From: a virus | Length of the DNA: 64,000 bases | Strand: one strand, 5' to 3' | Virus record (IMG/VR): IMGVR_UViG_3300045988_153208 | Shown here: piece after piece, positions 37,796-48,371 of the stretch | Layout of the letters: each line of letters begins with the position of its first letter | Position numbering within the stretch: position 1 is the stretch's first letter | Made by a program: the position numbers and the translations under genes | The notes under the pieces: generated by a model | Seen by the model: only the letters and a program-made list of their open reading frames with translations | Database searches by the model: none | Told to the model about the DNA's origin: nothing

Positions 37796-38593
37796 ATGGA
37801 TGTCATTAAACAATCTCTGTATGCTCATTACAAAGAGTCTCTGGAATATTTTGATAAACGCAATATCGTAGGTCTATTCCTCCAAGGAAGCCAGAACTAT
37901 GGTCTTGCTTATGAGAACAGCGACGTTGACACTAAGTTAATTGTTTTGCCTAATTTTAATGAAATTGCGTTTAATAAAAAGCCAGTTAGTACCACTCATA
38001 TTCGAGAGAATGAAGAGCATATTGATTTCAAAGATATTCGGCTGTATATGCAGACTTTCAGGAAACAGAATTTAAATTTTCTTGAGATTCTCTTCACTCC
38101 GTATAAAATTGTCAATCCTGATTATGCTCCTTATTGGGATGTGCTAATTAACCATCGAGAAGATATTGCTCATTATAATCTTTATCGAGCAGTTAAGAGT
38201 ATGAAAGGTATTGCTCTGGAAAAATATCATGCTCTTCAACATGAATATCCTAGCAAAGTCGATGTTCTTGCTCAATGGGGCTATGACCCTAAACAACTCC
38301 ATCATCTACTCCGTGTTGAGGAATATTTAATGCGATATATGGAAGGTGAACCTTATGAAGATTGCCTTCAGCCAAGAGATAAAGAATATTTAATCTCTGT
38401 TAAACGGGGTTTGTATAATGTTAATGAAGCAGTTGCTAAGGCTGATGAAGCTTTGAAACATATCTTTGAAAAGGCTGACGCATTTTGTGAATCTCATCCC
38501 GATGAATATAATAAAAAAACTGATGAACTTCTGGATTTTGTCCAATATCAGATTATGAAAAAATGCGTGAGTGAGGAATTGAAAAATGCTTGA
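37796..38593 (+). CDS. Pol-beta superfamily nucleotidyltransferase
   Basis: GSQNYGLAYENSDVD (hG[GS]x9-13Dh[DE]h NTase motif). Confidence 0.55.
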   Translation: MDVIKQSLYAHYKESLEYFDKRNIVGLFLQGSQNYGLAYENSDVDTKLIVLPNFNEIAFNKKPVSTTHIRENEEHIDFKDIRLYMQTFRKQNLNFLEILFTPYKIVNPDYAPYWDVLINHREDIAHYNLYRAVKSMKGIALEKYHALQHEYPSKVDVLAQWGYDPKQLHHLLRVEEYLMRYMEGEPYEDCLQPRDKEYLISVKRGLYNVNEAVAKADEALKHIFEKADAFCESHPDEYNKKTDELLDFVQYQIMKKCVSEELKNA

Positions 38594-38933
38594 TGGAATA
38601 ACATTGCTTGATACTGGCACTAAAGTAGTTTCATATACTTGGGGCTGGAGTTGGGGCGGATTTATTGCAGTAATATTTGCGATATTTCTTATTGTTGTGT
38701 CTATTATATGTATGATTGATGGCACTGGAGGAGAAATATTTGTTATTGCTGCAATATTTGTTGGAATGCTTGGCTTATTTATTTTTGCTCATGCCAAACC
38801 AGCTAAAACAATTAATACTTATAGTGTTATAATCGATGATTCTGTATCAATGACAGAATTTTACGATAAATATGAAGTCCTTGATATAAAAGGAAAAATT
38901 TTTACAATTACTGAAAGAGAGGATACGGATTAA
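38586..38933 (+). CDS. Small membrane protein
   Basis: Two TM segments (GGFIAVIFAIFLIVVSIICMI; IFVIAAIFVGMLGLFIFA). Confidence 0.4.
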   Translation: MLDGITLLDTGTKVVSYTWGWSWGGFIAVIFAIFLIVVSIICMIDGTGGEIFVIAAIFVGMLGLFIFAHAKPAKTINTYSVIIDDSVSMTEFYDKYEVLDIKGKIFTITEREDTD

Positions 38934-39199
38934 TGGAAATTGAATTAACTCTGTAGGATGTTGAACATCTAGAGTCTAAAATGGAAGACCTTGTCGGTTG
39001 GATGACTGCCAATATGTCATCATTTTCTGCTATTGCATTCGCGGTCACCGTTCTAAGCAACGCAATCGAAGATGCTAAAAATCAACTCACTGATAGTGAA
39101 ACTGAAGATTATGCAGAAGATGTTTCTGATGAAGATTGCGAATGCGCTGTATGTGATTGTGTTGAGGGGGAAATGTAATTGGCCTCTAAAGTCCTTGAT

Positions 39200-40402
39200 A
39201 TGATTAACAAGGAAGCTAACCGCCAATACAATAATATAGAACTAATCGCTAGCGAAAATTTCGTTAGCGATGAAATTCTATATGCGGTTGGCTCCATTCT
39301 TACAAATAAATATGCCGAAGGCTATCCCGATGTAGAAGATACTGCGGGCTAGCGTGGACGATACTACGGAGGATGCCAATATGTGGACGAGATTGAAGAC
39401 TATTGCCGCAAAATGTGGCAAAAAGCGTTCAATACTGATTATCATGTCAATGTTCAGCCCCATAGTGGCGCTAATGCTAATACTGCTGCTTACTTGGCTG
39501 TTTTGAAACCAGGAGACACAGTTTTATCTATGAGTCTTGAAAATGGCGGTCATTTAAGCCATGGACTTAATGCTAATATTAGTGGTAAATTATATAATTT
39601 CATTCATTATGATGTTGATGAAAATGGACTAATTGACTATGATGATTTAGCTAAAAAAATTGACCGTTGGAACCCGCAGTTAATAATTGCTGGAGCTAGT
39701 GCTTACCCTCGTCAAATTGATTTTCAAAAAATTTATGACATTATCCAAGAGGTAAAAAAGGAGTATGATGATTCATATAATCCATATTTTATGGTTGATA
39801 TGGCCCACATTGCTGGTTTGATTATCGCGGGCGACCATCCATCTCCATTTGGCCTTGCTGATATTATCACTACGACAACTCATAAAACTTTACGTGGACC
39901 TCGTGGTGGTTTAATTTTTTGTAAGCCTGAACTGGCTAAAAAGATTGATAGTGCTGTATTCCCCGGACTTCAAGGTGGCCCATTAGAACACGTTATTGCT
40001 GGAAAAGCAATTTGCGCGGAAGAGGCTTGCACTCAAGAGTATAAGGATTATATCCATCAAGTAGTTAAAAATTGTAAAGCGATGGCTGATCATTTTACTG
40101 AATTAGGATATGATGTAATTACTGGAGGAACGGACAATCATCTGTTTCTGTTGGACTTCTCTAGCAAGTTTCCAACTATCACTGGCTTAGCAGTACAGAA
40201 CAAACTTGATGAATTTGGTATAACACTCAACAAGAATACAGTTCCTAATGAAAAACGTAGTCCAAAAATTACAAGTGGTGTCCGCATTGGCACCGCCGCA
40301 ATGACTACCAAAGGTTGGAAAGAATCAGATTTTATCTGGTGTGCTGACCAAATTGATTACATTATTAAAAAAATGGTTGAAGAAGATAAGGAAATGGTTT
40401 AA
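39200..40402 (+). CDS. glyA: Serine hydroxymethyltransferase (SHMT/GlyA), in-frame TAG at 39350-39352
   Basis: [10 protein letters not shown]...[10 protein letters not shown]...[11 protein letters not shown]...[38 protein letters not shown]...[14 protein letters not shown] aligns along E. coli GlyA; true start ATG 39200 upstream of track ORF 39383. Confidence 0.85.
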
Positions 40403-40420
40403 ACCATTTCCTTTTTTTTG
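40390..40420 (+). terminator. Rho-independent terminator
   Basis: GGAAATGGTTT-AAACCATTTCC + T8. Confidence 0.7.
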
Positions 40421-40470
40421 ATTTTTTTATAAAAATATAATATAATATATATAGAAAGTTAAGAAAGGAT
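40419..40470 (+). promoter_or_regulatory. Conserved promoter motif copy
   Basis: TTGATT 40419-40424, TATAAT 40442-40447. Confidence 0.5.
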
Positions 40471-40479
40471 TGATTTAAT

Positions 40480-41865
40480 ATGTCTGAGCATGTTGGATAC
40501 GTTGTTAAAGTTGAAAAGCTGCGTCCTCATACTAATGCTGACCGCCTTCAGGTAGCGACCTTCTTCGGAAATGATACCTGTGTTGGTCTGGATGTAAAGA
40601 TTGGCGATATTGGCGTTTATTTCCCCACTGACCTTCAGCTTGATTATGATTTCTGTGTTCAGAATCATCTTCTGCGTAAGTTGATTGATGGAACTCCTGA
40701 TAAGGGTTATATGGACCCTAATAAGCGCAATGTTTCTACCATTAAGCTGCGAGGCGAGAAGTCTGATGGTATTTATGTAAATATCTCTGATTTTGACTAT
40801 TGTTTCGATGATGATGCTTCTAAGTATCTAAAGATTGGCGATACTATTAGCGTAGTTAATGGTCATTCTATTTGTCAGAAGTATATTCCTCATTCTAATA
40901 AGCGGACTGGCAATCCTACTGAGGGAAATCATACTCGTAAGAAAAAGGTTCCTATTGCTCCTCTCTTCACTGAGCATGCTGATACTGAGCAGCTGGCTTA
41001 TAACCTTGGCGCATTCCAGGTGGGCGATCAGATTGAAATTACTCTGAAGATGCATGGCACTTCTCAGCGCACTGGTTATCTACCTGTATTTAAGGGTTAT
41101 AAGCGTTCTCTGTGGGATAAGATTATGAAGCGTGATGGCACTCCTACCTATGAGTGGGATTATGTGTCTGGTACTCGTCGCACTGTTCTGGAGAATTTTG
41201 ATGGTGGTTTCTATGGTTCTAACCTGTTCCGTGAACAGCATTCTAAGTTCTTCGAGGGCAAGCTCCACAAGGGTGAAGAGGTTTATTACGAGGTCGTTGG
41301 CTTCACTGATACTGGTGCTCCTATTATGGCGTCTGCGGCGAATAAGAAGCTGAATGATAAGGCATTTATCAAGCAGTATGGTGAAACTACTACCTTCTCC
41401 TATGGTTGTTCTCCTACTGGATATAATACTTATCCTGATGGTTCCCATGAGGAAGTCCCTCAGTCTGAACTCTATGTTTATCGTATGACTATGACTAATG
41501 AGGATGGCGACGTAGTAGAGTATTCTCCTGACTTTATGCGTTATCGTTGTGAGCAGATGGGATGTAAGACTGTTCCTGCTCTATGGAAGGGTTTCATTCC
41601 TCCCTATACTATTCTACCTGATGATGTTGGTTCTCCTACCGCTACTGATGCAGGGGAGTATATTAAAAATATCGCAGAAATTTATTATGCTGGTCCTGAC
41701 CCCATTGGCAAGACTCATACTCGCGAGGGCGTGGTTGTTCGTATTGTCAATAAGCCTAAGTTCTGCGCCTACAAGCATAAGAACTTTGAGTTCAAGTGTT
41801 TGGAAGGCCTTGTAAAGGCAGAAGCTGAGGCTCCTGATATGGAGGAAGCACAGGATGAAGTATGA
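40480..41865 (+). CDS. ATP-dependent RNA ligase (Rnl2/Rnl5-like nucleotidyltransferase) with N-terminal tRNA-binding OB domain
   Basis: N-term VVKVEKLRPHTNADRLQVATF...VGLDVKIGDIGVYFP resembles Myf/EMAP tRNA_bind domain; motif I KMHGTS (KxHGTN of T4 Rnl2); GC-richer, no TAG. Confidence 0.6.
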   Translation: MSEHVGYVVKVEKLRPHTNADRLQVATFFGNDTCVGLDVKIGDIGVYFPTDLQLDYDFCVQNHLLRKLIDGTPDKGYMDPNKRNVSTIKLRGEKSDGIYVNISDFDYCFDDDASKYLKIGDTISVVNGHSICQKYIPHSNKRTGNPTEGNHTRKKKVPIAPLFTEHADTEQLAYNLGAFQVGDQIEITLKMHGTSQRTGYLPVFKGYKRSLWDKIMKRDGTPTYEWDYVSGTRRTVLENFDGGFYGSNLFREQHSKFFEGKLHKGEEVYYEVVGFTDTGAPIMASAANKKLNDKAFIKQYGETTTFSYGCSPTGYNTYPDGSHEEVPQSELYVYRMTMTNEDGDVVEYSPDFMRYRCEQMGCKTVPALWKGFIPPYTILPDDVGSPTATDAGEYIKNIAEIYYAGPDPIGKTHTREGVVVRIVNKPKFCAYKHKNFEFKCLEGLVKAEAEAPDMEEAQDEV

Positions 41866-42557
41866 CCCTGTAAAAGTTCCGCTCGATTCAGTGATGGTCG
41901 AGCGGAACACTCGAAATGAATGTATCAATGAAATTCGTCCTCACATTCCAGAAGCATTATGGGATAAAATTTCAGAGGATTTAGTTCGCGATCAATGCTT
42001 AAGTTTATGGACTTGTTGTATTGAATGCATCGAAGAGATGGCTGACGCTTGGGAAGAGCAAAATGGTGAAAACCTTGTGTGGGTGCCCGGCCATTATGAA
42101 GTCCAAAAGGAGAAAGATTGATGGAAAAGAATATCACTCTGAGTGAAGATAAATTTAAACGCATTTATTGCGGTTATCTGAAATATTTGGCACTTCAAAA
42201 CGGCGGCGTTGATAACTGGTCATGGTATGGAGATTCACTTGGTGATTTTTTGAAAGAGTGTTATTTAGAAAATCATCCTGATAAAACTCTTGAAGATCTT
42301 TTTGATGAAGATTATGATTTTGATACAGTTGTTGATGAAGATTTAAAAAGTGGAAATTTTTAATTATGATTAATTTACATTTTCATAAAGCAGAGCCTGT
42401 TCCATTTTATGTCAATACAGTTTTTTCTCTCTACAGATGCAGCAAATGCGACAAAGTATTGTTGGTAAACCGCTATACTGGGTATCGCAAATGGATGTCA
42501 GAGGAAAAAGCATTATACCAGGCTTATAAATCAGAAACAGGGCTATAAGCTCTGTTT

Positions 42558-42610
42558 TTGATTTTTTATAAAAAATATATTATAATATATATAGAAAGTT
42601 AAGAAAGGAA
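42558..42610 (+). promoter_or_regulatory. Conserved promoter motif copy (preceded by a terminator hairpin at ~42533-42562)
   Basis: TTGATT 42558-42563, TATAAT 42581-42586. Confidence 0.5.
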
Positions 42611-42877
42611 TTGATAAATATGATGTTTATTATTTCGATCCTGTTGGTTGGTGTGTTGTTTCTGGTGCCGTCTGCTGTATGCACTTGGCTTTGGGGATTG
42701 ATTCTTGTCCCTATGTTTAACATTGAGCCAATCAGTTTTTGGAGCATGTATGGTTTGATTTTGATGGTGCAGCTTATGACTGGCAGCCTCTTCGAAGACA
42801 TTGCTCTGTCTAATTCCTATCTTAATAATGAATTGTTTGATAATATTAAATTTGATTCGGAAGATGAGGATAAGTAA
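42611..42877 (+). CDS. Small membrane protein
   Basis: ORF track; hydrophobic segments. Confidence 0.4.
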   Translation: MINMMFIISILLVGVLFLVPSAVCTWLWGLILVPMFNIEPISFWSMYGLILMVQLMTGSLFEDIALSNSYLNNELFDNIKFDSEDEDK

Positions 42878-43131
42878 TGTTTGAAGAGCACGCATTTTAT
42901 TGTATGAAGTGCGGCCATCGAGGTATTCCGTTGGCTCGACGCACAAGTCATCAACACGAACGTTTCCATCGTAAGAAATTGTATTGTCCTTATTGTAAGG
43001 AAGAAGTCAATCATATCGAATGCAAGAATGAGACTGACATTGAAGAATTTTTGAAAAATTTTAACGAAGGGGTGTATGCGAATGAAGTCGAAGACTCTGT
43101 GGCTCATTGCCGGAGTGCCTGGAAGTGGTAA
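42877..43131 (+). CDS. Small Zn-finger protein
   Basis: CMKCGHRG...CPYCKEEVNH. Confidence 0.4.
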   Translation: MFEEHAFYCMKCGHRGIPLARRTSHQHERFHRKKLYCPYCKEEVNHIECKNETDIEEFLKNFNEGVYANEVEDSVAHCRSAWKW

Positions 43132-43582
43132 ATCCACTTTCCTCGCTAATCAGGTTAATAAACCTAATGCAAAAATTGTTTCTCGTGATGCCATTCGTTT
43201 TAAACTCCTTGGAGATGGAGATGCTTATTTCAAGAACGAAGATACTGTCTGGAATATGTATGTAGATGCTATTAAGAATAGCCTCCAAGAAAATGAGCAT
43301 ACTATTCTTGATGCCACTCATTTGAATGAACGTTCTCGCAATAAAATTCTTGATCGTTTAAATTTAAATGGCGTTAATATCAATGTCATTTATTTTAAAG
43401 TTCCTTTGAATGTGTGCATTGACCGGAATGCTCAACGAACTGGCCGAGCCTATGTGCCGACTGATGTAATTACCAAAATGTATGCTTCTTACCGCTACCC
43501 CACCTTTAATGAAAAATACCATTATAATCGTATCCTTGAAGTCGATGAAAATGGAAATATTAATGAATGGAGTGATAAGTAA
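43076..43582 (+). CDS. P-loop polynucleotide kinase-like protein (T4 Pnk kinase-domain-like)
   Basis: LWLIAGVPGSGKSTF Walker A. Confidence 0.6.
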   Translation: MRMKSKTLWLIAGVPGSGKSTFLANQVNKPNAKIVSRDAIRFKLLGDGDAYFKNEDTVWNMYVDAIKNSLQENEHTILDATHLNERSRNKILDRLNLNGVNINVIYFKVPLNVCIDRNAQRTGRAYVPTDVITKMYASYRYPTFNEKYHYNRILEVDENGNINEWSDK

Positions 43583-44337
43583 TGGCGATTTTCGCTACGT
43601 CAGATATGCACTTCGGGCATGACCGGGAATTCATCTGGAAGGTTCGTGGATTTAAGTCTATCCAAGAGATGAATGATGCATACGTGAATCGTTGGAATAG
43701 CGTGGTTGGCCCTGAAGATGATGTTTATTGCCTGGGCGATTTAATGCTCGGCGACCCTTCTAATATTGAGTATATTAAGAAACTCAATGGCAAAATCCAT
43801 ATTGTATATGGTAATCATGATACTAATAATCGGCGTAAAATGTATGCTGAACTTCCTAATGTGGTAGAAGCATCATGGGCGATTATGTTAGATTATAGAA
43901 AATATCATTTTTTTATGACACATTTTCCTTGTATGACTGGTAATTTGGAGAAAGAAAGTTTGAAACAATGCACTTGTAATTTGTTTGGACATACCCATCA
44001 GACTACCAATTTTTATAATGATTTGCCATTTATGTATCATGTTGGAGTTGATTCTCATGATGGCTATCCTGTAAGTCTTGATATTATTATCGAGCAAATG
44101 AATGCCAAAGTAAGAGAATGTCGTTCTTACCTTGATGAAGAGGAAACAACTCCTGCTCCGGTAGAGCGTAAGACCCCTGATTTTCCCGCTCGTTTAACTC
44201 AAAAAGAAATGTTAGAAGAGCATAAAGCAACTGTTCGTTGTGATAAATGCGTATATAGCGCATGGTTCTGTGGTCAAAATCCCACTGATTGTCATGAGTA
44301 TCGTCGCGACCCGCCTGATGGTGGTTATTATGGCTAA
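43582..44337 (+). CDS. Calcineurin-like metallophosphoesterase
   Basis: MAIFATSDMHFGHD...GDLMLGD...GNHD. Confidence 0.65.
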   Translation: MAIFATSDMHFGHDREFIWKVRGFKSIQEMNDAYVNRWNSVVGPEDDVYCLGDLMLGDPSNIEYIKKLNGKIHIVYGNHDTNNRRKMYAELPNVVEASWAIMLDYRKYHFFMTHFPCMTGNLEKESLKQCTCNLFGHTHQTTNFYNDLPFMYHVGVDSHDGYPVSLDIIIEQMNAKVRECRSYLDEEETTPAPVERKTPDFPARLTQKEMLEEHKATVRCDKCVYSAWFCGQNPTDCHEYRRDPPDGGYYG

Positions 44338-44412
44338 TTATTAAAATATCAAATAGATACCAAAGTCTGTAAAAGACTTGATATAAAAAATTAAATATTT
44401 AAGGAGAAACAA

Positions 44413-45801
44413 ATGGAAATTCTAACTACTATTTTGCCTTATCTTCCCATTGTCCTGATTGTAATTGTGGCTCTGATTATCCTTAAAGCCGGATATGTCA
44501 AAGCCCCTCCTGATACAGCATTGATTATCTCTGGTATGCACAAGAAACCAAGAGTTCTCATTGGTAAGGCTGGTATCAGAATTCCCTTCTTCGAGCGAGT
44601 AGATAATCTGTCTCTCGGCGCTATTCAGATTGATGTAAAAACTGGTTCAGCTGTTCCTACTGCGGAATATATTAATGTTAGAGTTGATTCTACCGTATCT
44701 GTCCGAGTAGGTCAAAATCCTGAGATGATTGCTCTTGCTGCTCAAAACTTCCTTAATGTAGACCGCGACACAATTGCTCGAAAGATTAATGACCTCCTGG
44801 AAGGTAATATTCGTGAAATTGTTGGTCAAATGAAGCTGACTGATATGGTCAGCGATCGCAAGCTGTTTAGTGAAAAGGTTCAGGAGAATGCCGTTCCCGA
44901 CCTGGCTCGCTATGGTTTGGAGTTGATTACATTTAACGTCCAGAACTTTTCTGATGACAATGATGTAATTACTAATTTGGGTATTGATAATGTTGCTCAG
45001 ATTAGTAAGAACGCCGCAATCGCTAAGTCTAACGCTGAGCGTGAAATTGAAGTTGCTAAGGCTGAGAATGCTAAGCAAGCCAATGATGCTAAGGTTAAGG
45101 CGGCTGAGGATATTGCTACTCGCAATAATGATTTGGCTATTAAGCAGGCACAACTCCAGCAGGAAGCCGATACTCGTAAGGCGCAGGCAGCCGCAGCAAC
45201 CGGTATCGAGGAAGAGAATCAGCGCAAGATTAAGGAAGTCGCCGCAACTAATGCTAATATTGCTAAGGCAGAGCGCGAAGCCGAGCTGAAGCAGAAGCAG
45301 ATTCAGTTGAAGGAATATGAACTGGATGCTCTGGTTCGTAAGCAGGCTGAGGCTGATAAGTTCGCGGCTGAGAAGCAGGCTGAGGCCGATTTGGTTCGTC
45401 GTCAGAAAGAGGCCGAAGCTAAGGCTTATGAAGCGGTGAAGAATGCTGAAGCCAAGAAGGCTCAGGCTGATGCTGACCGATATGCCGCTGAGCAGCAAGC
45501 CGCTGGTATTCAGGCAGTTGGTGCCGCTGAAGCCGCAGCTATTGAAGCTAAGGCTGAGGCGCAGAAAAAGATGGGCGAAGCATCTATTATCGAGATGTAT
45601 TTCAAGGCGTTGCCTGATGTAGTCGCAAGCGCAGCCGCTCCTCTGGCTAAGGTTGATAAGATTGTCCAGTATGGTGATGGAAATTCAACCAAGCTGGTCA
45701 AGGATGTAATGACTTCCGCAAACCAGATTATGGAAGCTATGGCAGATAGTGGCATTGACATTAAGGATATGCTGACTTCTGCTCTGAAGAAGAAAGACTG
45801 A
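44413..45801 (+). CDS. Flotillin-like SPFH/band-7 domain protein (FloT/YuaG-like)
   Basis: N-terminal TM, SPFH region IISGMHKKPRVLIGKAGIRIPFFERV, long E/A/K/Q-rich flotillin repeats. Confidence 0.7.
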   Translation: MEILTTILPYLPIVLIVIVALIILKAGYVKAPPDTALIISGMHKKPRVLIGKAGIRIPFFERVDNLSLGAIQIDVKTGSAVPTAEYINVRVDSTVSVRVGQNPEMIALAAQNFLNVDRDTIARKINDLLEGNIREIVGQMKLTDMVSDRKLFSEKVQENAVPDLARYGLELITFNVQNFSDDNDVITNLGIDNVAQISKNAAIAKSNAEREIEVAKAENAKQANDAKVKAAEDIATRNNDLAIKQAQLQQEADTRKAQAAAATGIEEENQRKIKEVAATNANIAKAEREAELKQKQIQLKEYELDALVRKQAEADKFAAEKQAEADLVRRQKEAEAKAYEAVKNAEAKKAQADADRYAAEQQAAGIQAVGAAEAAAIEAKAEAQKKMGEASIIEMYFKALPDVVASAAAPLAKVDKIVQYGDGNSTKLVKDVMTSANQIMEAMADSGIDIKDMLTSALKKKD

Positions 45802-45805
45802 TTTT

Positions 45806-45840
45806 ATAGACCGCTGATTAATTTCAGCGGTCTATTTTTA
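45806..45840 (+). terminator. Rho-independent terminator
   Basis: ATAGACCGCTGA-loop-TCAGCGGTCTAT + T5. Confidence 0.7.
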
Positions 45841-45918
45841 TGCTCTTGGGTATAATCGACTAATCGCATCCGTGATTTTTTTAGATTTAATAGATATAAA
45901 AATAAAGGAGGCATTAGT

Positions 45919-46443
45919 ATGGTAAATATAATGTCAAAAAGTGGACACACTACATATGGATTGACAGAATATGTTCTTGATGAAGAAAAAGAAGTAAATA
46001 ATTTATCAGTCCTCGATGCACCTGGTTCTACTGCATATATTATTGCTACTGGTAATAGTTATATTTTATCAGGTGGGAGCCGCACTTGGAAAAAAATGAA
46101 ATTAGTAAACGCTGGTGGAAGTGGAAGTAATGCTGAAGCAGAAGCCCGTATTGCTGAGTTAGAAACTCAAGTTGCTGAATATCAAGCAAAAGAAGCTAAA
46201 GCAACTAAGTAGATTAATGAATTAACTACTACAATCCAAGAGCAAAAAAATACATTAACTGAAAAAGAAACTCAAATTACTACCTTGCAAACAAATTTAA
46301 ACAATAAAGAAACCGAACTTAATACAACTAAATCAGAGTTAGCTACAGTTAATAAAAAAGTAGAAAAATTGAGTGATGTTAAGGTCGAAGGAGATACTTT
46401 GGTATTGCCTGATGATTTGATTGATACAGTAGAGGAGGGCTAA
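45919..46443 (+). CDS. Hypothetical protein with C-terminal coiled coil (one in-frame TAG)
   Basis: Merges ORF 45919-46212 with downstream in-frame sequence to TAA 46441-46443. Confidence 0.45.
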
Positions 46444-46444
46444 T

Positions 46445-47473
46445 ATGAATATTTCTAAAATTAAAATCAAAGGATAGGTTTATAATATCGTCGATGCTAA
46501 TGCATACGTCGCAGAAGTAAATGGCGAAAGATATGCTAGTTTAAATGAAGCTGTCATTGCTTGCGGAACTACTCCATCTACTATCACTCTAATTGGTAAT
46601 GAAGTTATGAGTGCTCAAGTTGTAATTGGCGATGGACAAGATATTACACTTAATTTAAACGGAAAGTCATTAACCGCAAAACCCAATTGGAATTTTAATT
46701 CTGGTCTATTGGCTGTCCATCATGGTGGAACTCTAACTATTAATGGCGAAGGTGAAATTTTTGGAGTAAGTCCTGGTGGCTGTGTATATTGCGGCATTGT
46801 TTTAACAGTTGATAAGACTGATAACGATAGTTCTAAACCCGCTAGATTAATTGTTAATGGTGGACATATTGTTGGTCAATGCTATGGTATTAGTGGTAAT
46901 GGTTCTAACGCTGGACGTGGAAATACTGAATGTATTATTAATGGTGGGTTAATTGAAGCATCAAGCATTATTACTGGAGAAGATAATTGTGGTTATTATC
47001 AACCTCAATTTAATAGTAGAATGACCTTTAATGATGGAGTAATTCGTGGCCGTTCAGCTATTGAAATTCGTAGTGGAGATTTTACTATGAATGGTGGTAT
47101 TGCTGAAGCATATGGTTTTGCTAATGAATGTATGGAGAAAAATGGTAGTGGCCCTACCTCAAAAGGCGCTGCGGTTGCCATTGCTCAGCACACTACTAAA
47201 CAACCTATTAATGTAATTATTAATAACGGACAATTAATTGCTGAATGCCCATTTATTGAAGGTAATCCTATGGGTAATGATGAACTATCTATTGCCAGTG
47301 TAAAAGCTGAAATTAATGGTGGTTCATTCCGTTCAGTTGGAATTGGTGGTAGACCATTCCAGGCTGCTGATTTAACTGAATTTGTTAAAGGTGGAGAGTT
47401 CCTTCAGAGTTTCACTGATAAAAAATATTTAGACCCTACAAAATTTGATGTAGATAATTGGGTATCAATTTAA
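46445..47473 (+). CDS. Right-handed beta-helix (pectate-lyase-like) repeat protein; possible tail fibre/depolymerase (TAG at codon 11)
   Basis: Repeated ...NGG...G..N.G motifs (LIVNGGHIVGQCYGISGNGSNAGRGNTECIINGGLIEAS). Confidence 0.5.
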
Positions 47474-47483
47474 TGTATTTAAT

Positions 47484-47516
47484 GGGAGAGATTAATTTCT
47501 CTCCCATTTTTTTTAT
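47484..47516 (+). terminator. Rho-independent terminator
   Basis: GGGAGAGA-TTAATT-TCTCTCCC + T8. Confidence 0.7.
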
Positions 47517-47586
47517 TTGTTCCCGACTTCGGTCGTAATTTCGATTCTTCGCGCCTATAGCAATTTTTTAACCAAATAGCGACTAT

Positions 47587-47640
47587 TTGCATTTTCCTAT
47601 ATTTTTTGATATAATATAAATATAAATAATAATATAAGGA
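47587..47640 (+). promoter_or_regulatory. Conserved promoter motif copy (TTGCAT -35)
   Basis: TATAAT 47610-47615. Confidence 0.4.
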
Positions 47641-47647
47641 GAATCAT

Positions 47648-47992
47648 ATGAAAACTTCTTTTGAATATGATAATGGTCAAACACTATGTGTAATTGAATA
47701 TAAAGACCATTACTTCGTAGGATAGGCTCATTGTCATCCAGATGATGAAGATTTTATGAGTGAAAAAACGGGTTGTTTTATTGCCGAATCTCGTGCTCAT
47801 CAAAAATATTTAAAATTTGTAAAAAATTGTGAAATTTTACCAAAATTAGAAGCATTAAATCATCTTAAATCAACATTAGCAGTTTGGGAAAGTGATACCC
47901 CTAATTATTTTTCAAGACGATTAAATTCTGAAATTAAAAATCTTAAAGAAGATTTAATGATGTGTAAACGGGCCATTACTAATGAACAATAG
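47648..47992 (+). CDS. Hypothetical protein (one TAG)
   Basis: MKTSFEYDNGQTLCVIEYKDHYFVG-AHCHPDDEDF... Confidence 0.4.
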
Positions 47993-48113
47993 TATTTACA
48001 CGGCTATATTAAAGAAAAAGATAAATTATATAAACGCATTCGTCTGAAGAACGGAACAACGGACAATTCAAATTAATATTCGTATCTAAAAATTTAAATT
48101 TAGAAATGGAAGG

Positions 48114-48371
48114 GTGAATACTATCGAATATTTATTAGTTTTTCTCGCTGGCATAATTTTTTCTGATTATATTGTCCCCTGCTTAGATGGCTTACTCAAA
48201 GTATTTTTAACTTAGCTCGAATGTGTTAAACAAACTTATGCTGAAAAAATGTCAGAGAGTGAGGCTCGCATTAAGGCCCTTTCTAATCCTACTGCAATAG
48301 TTAAAAAAATTGGTTTTACTGTTGAAGAAAAGGAAGAAGAATCTAAAACAGAAGAGGAAGATACTGAATGA
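48114..48371 (+). CDS. Small TM protein (holin-like), GTG start, one TAG
   Basis: VNTIEYLLVFLAGIIFSDYIVPCLDGLLKVFL TM then charged C-terminus. Confidence 0.3.
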
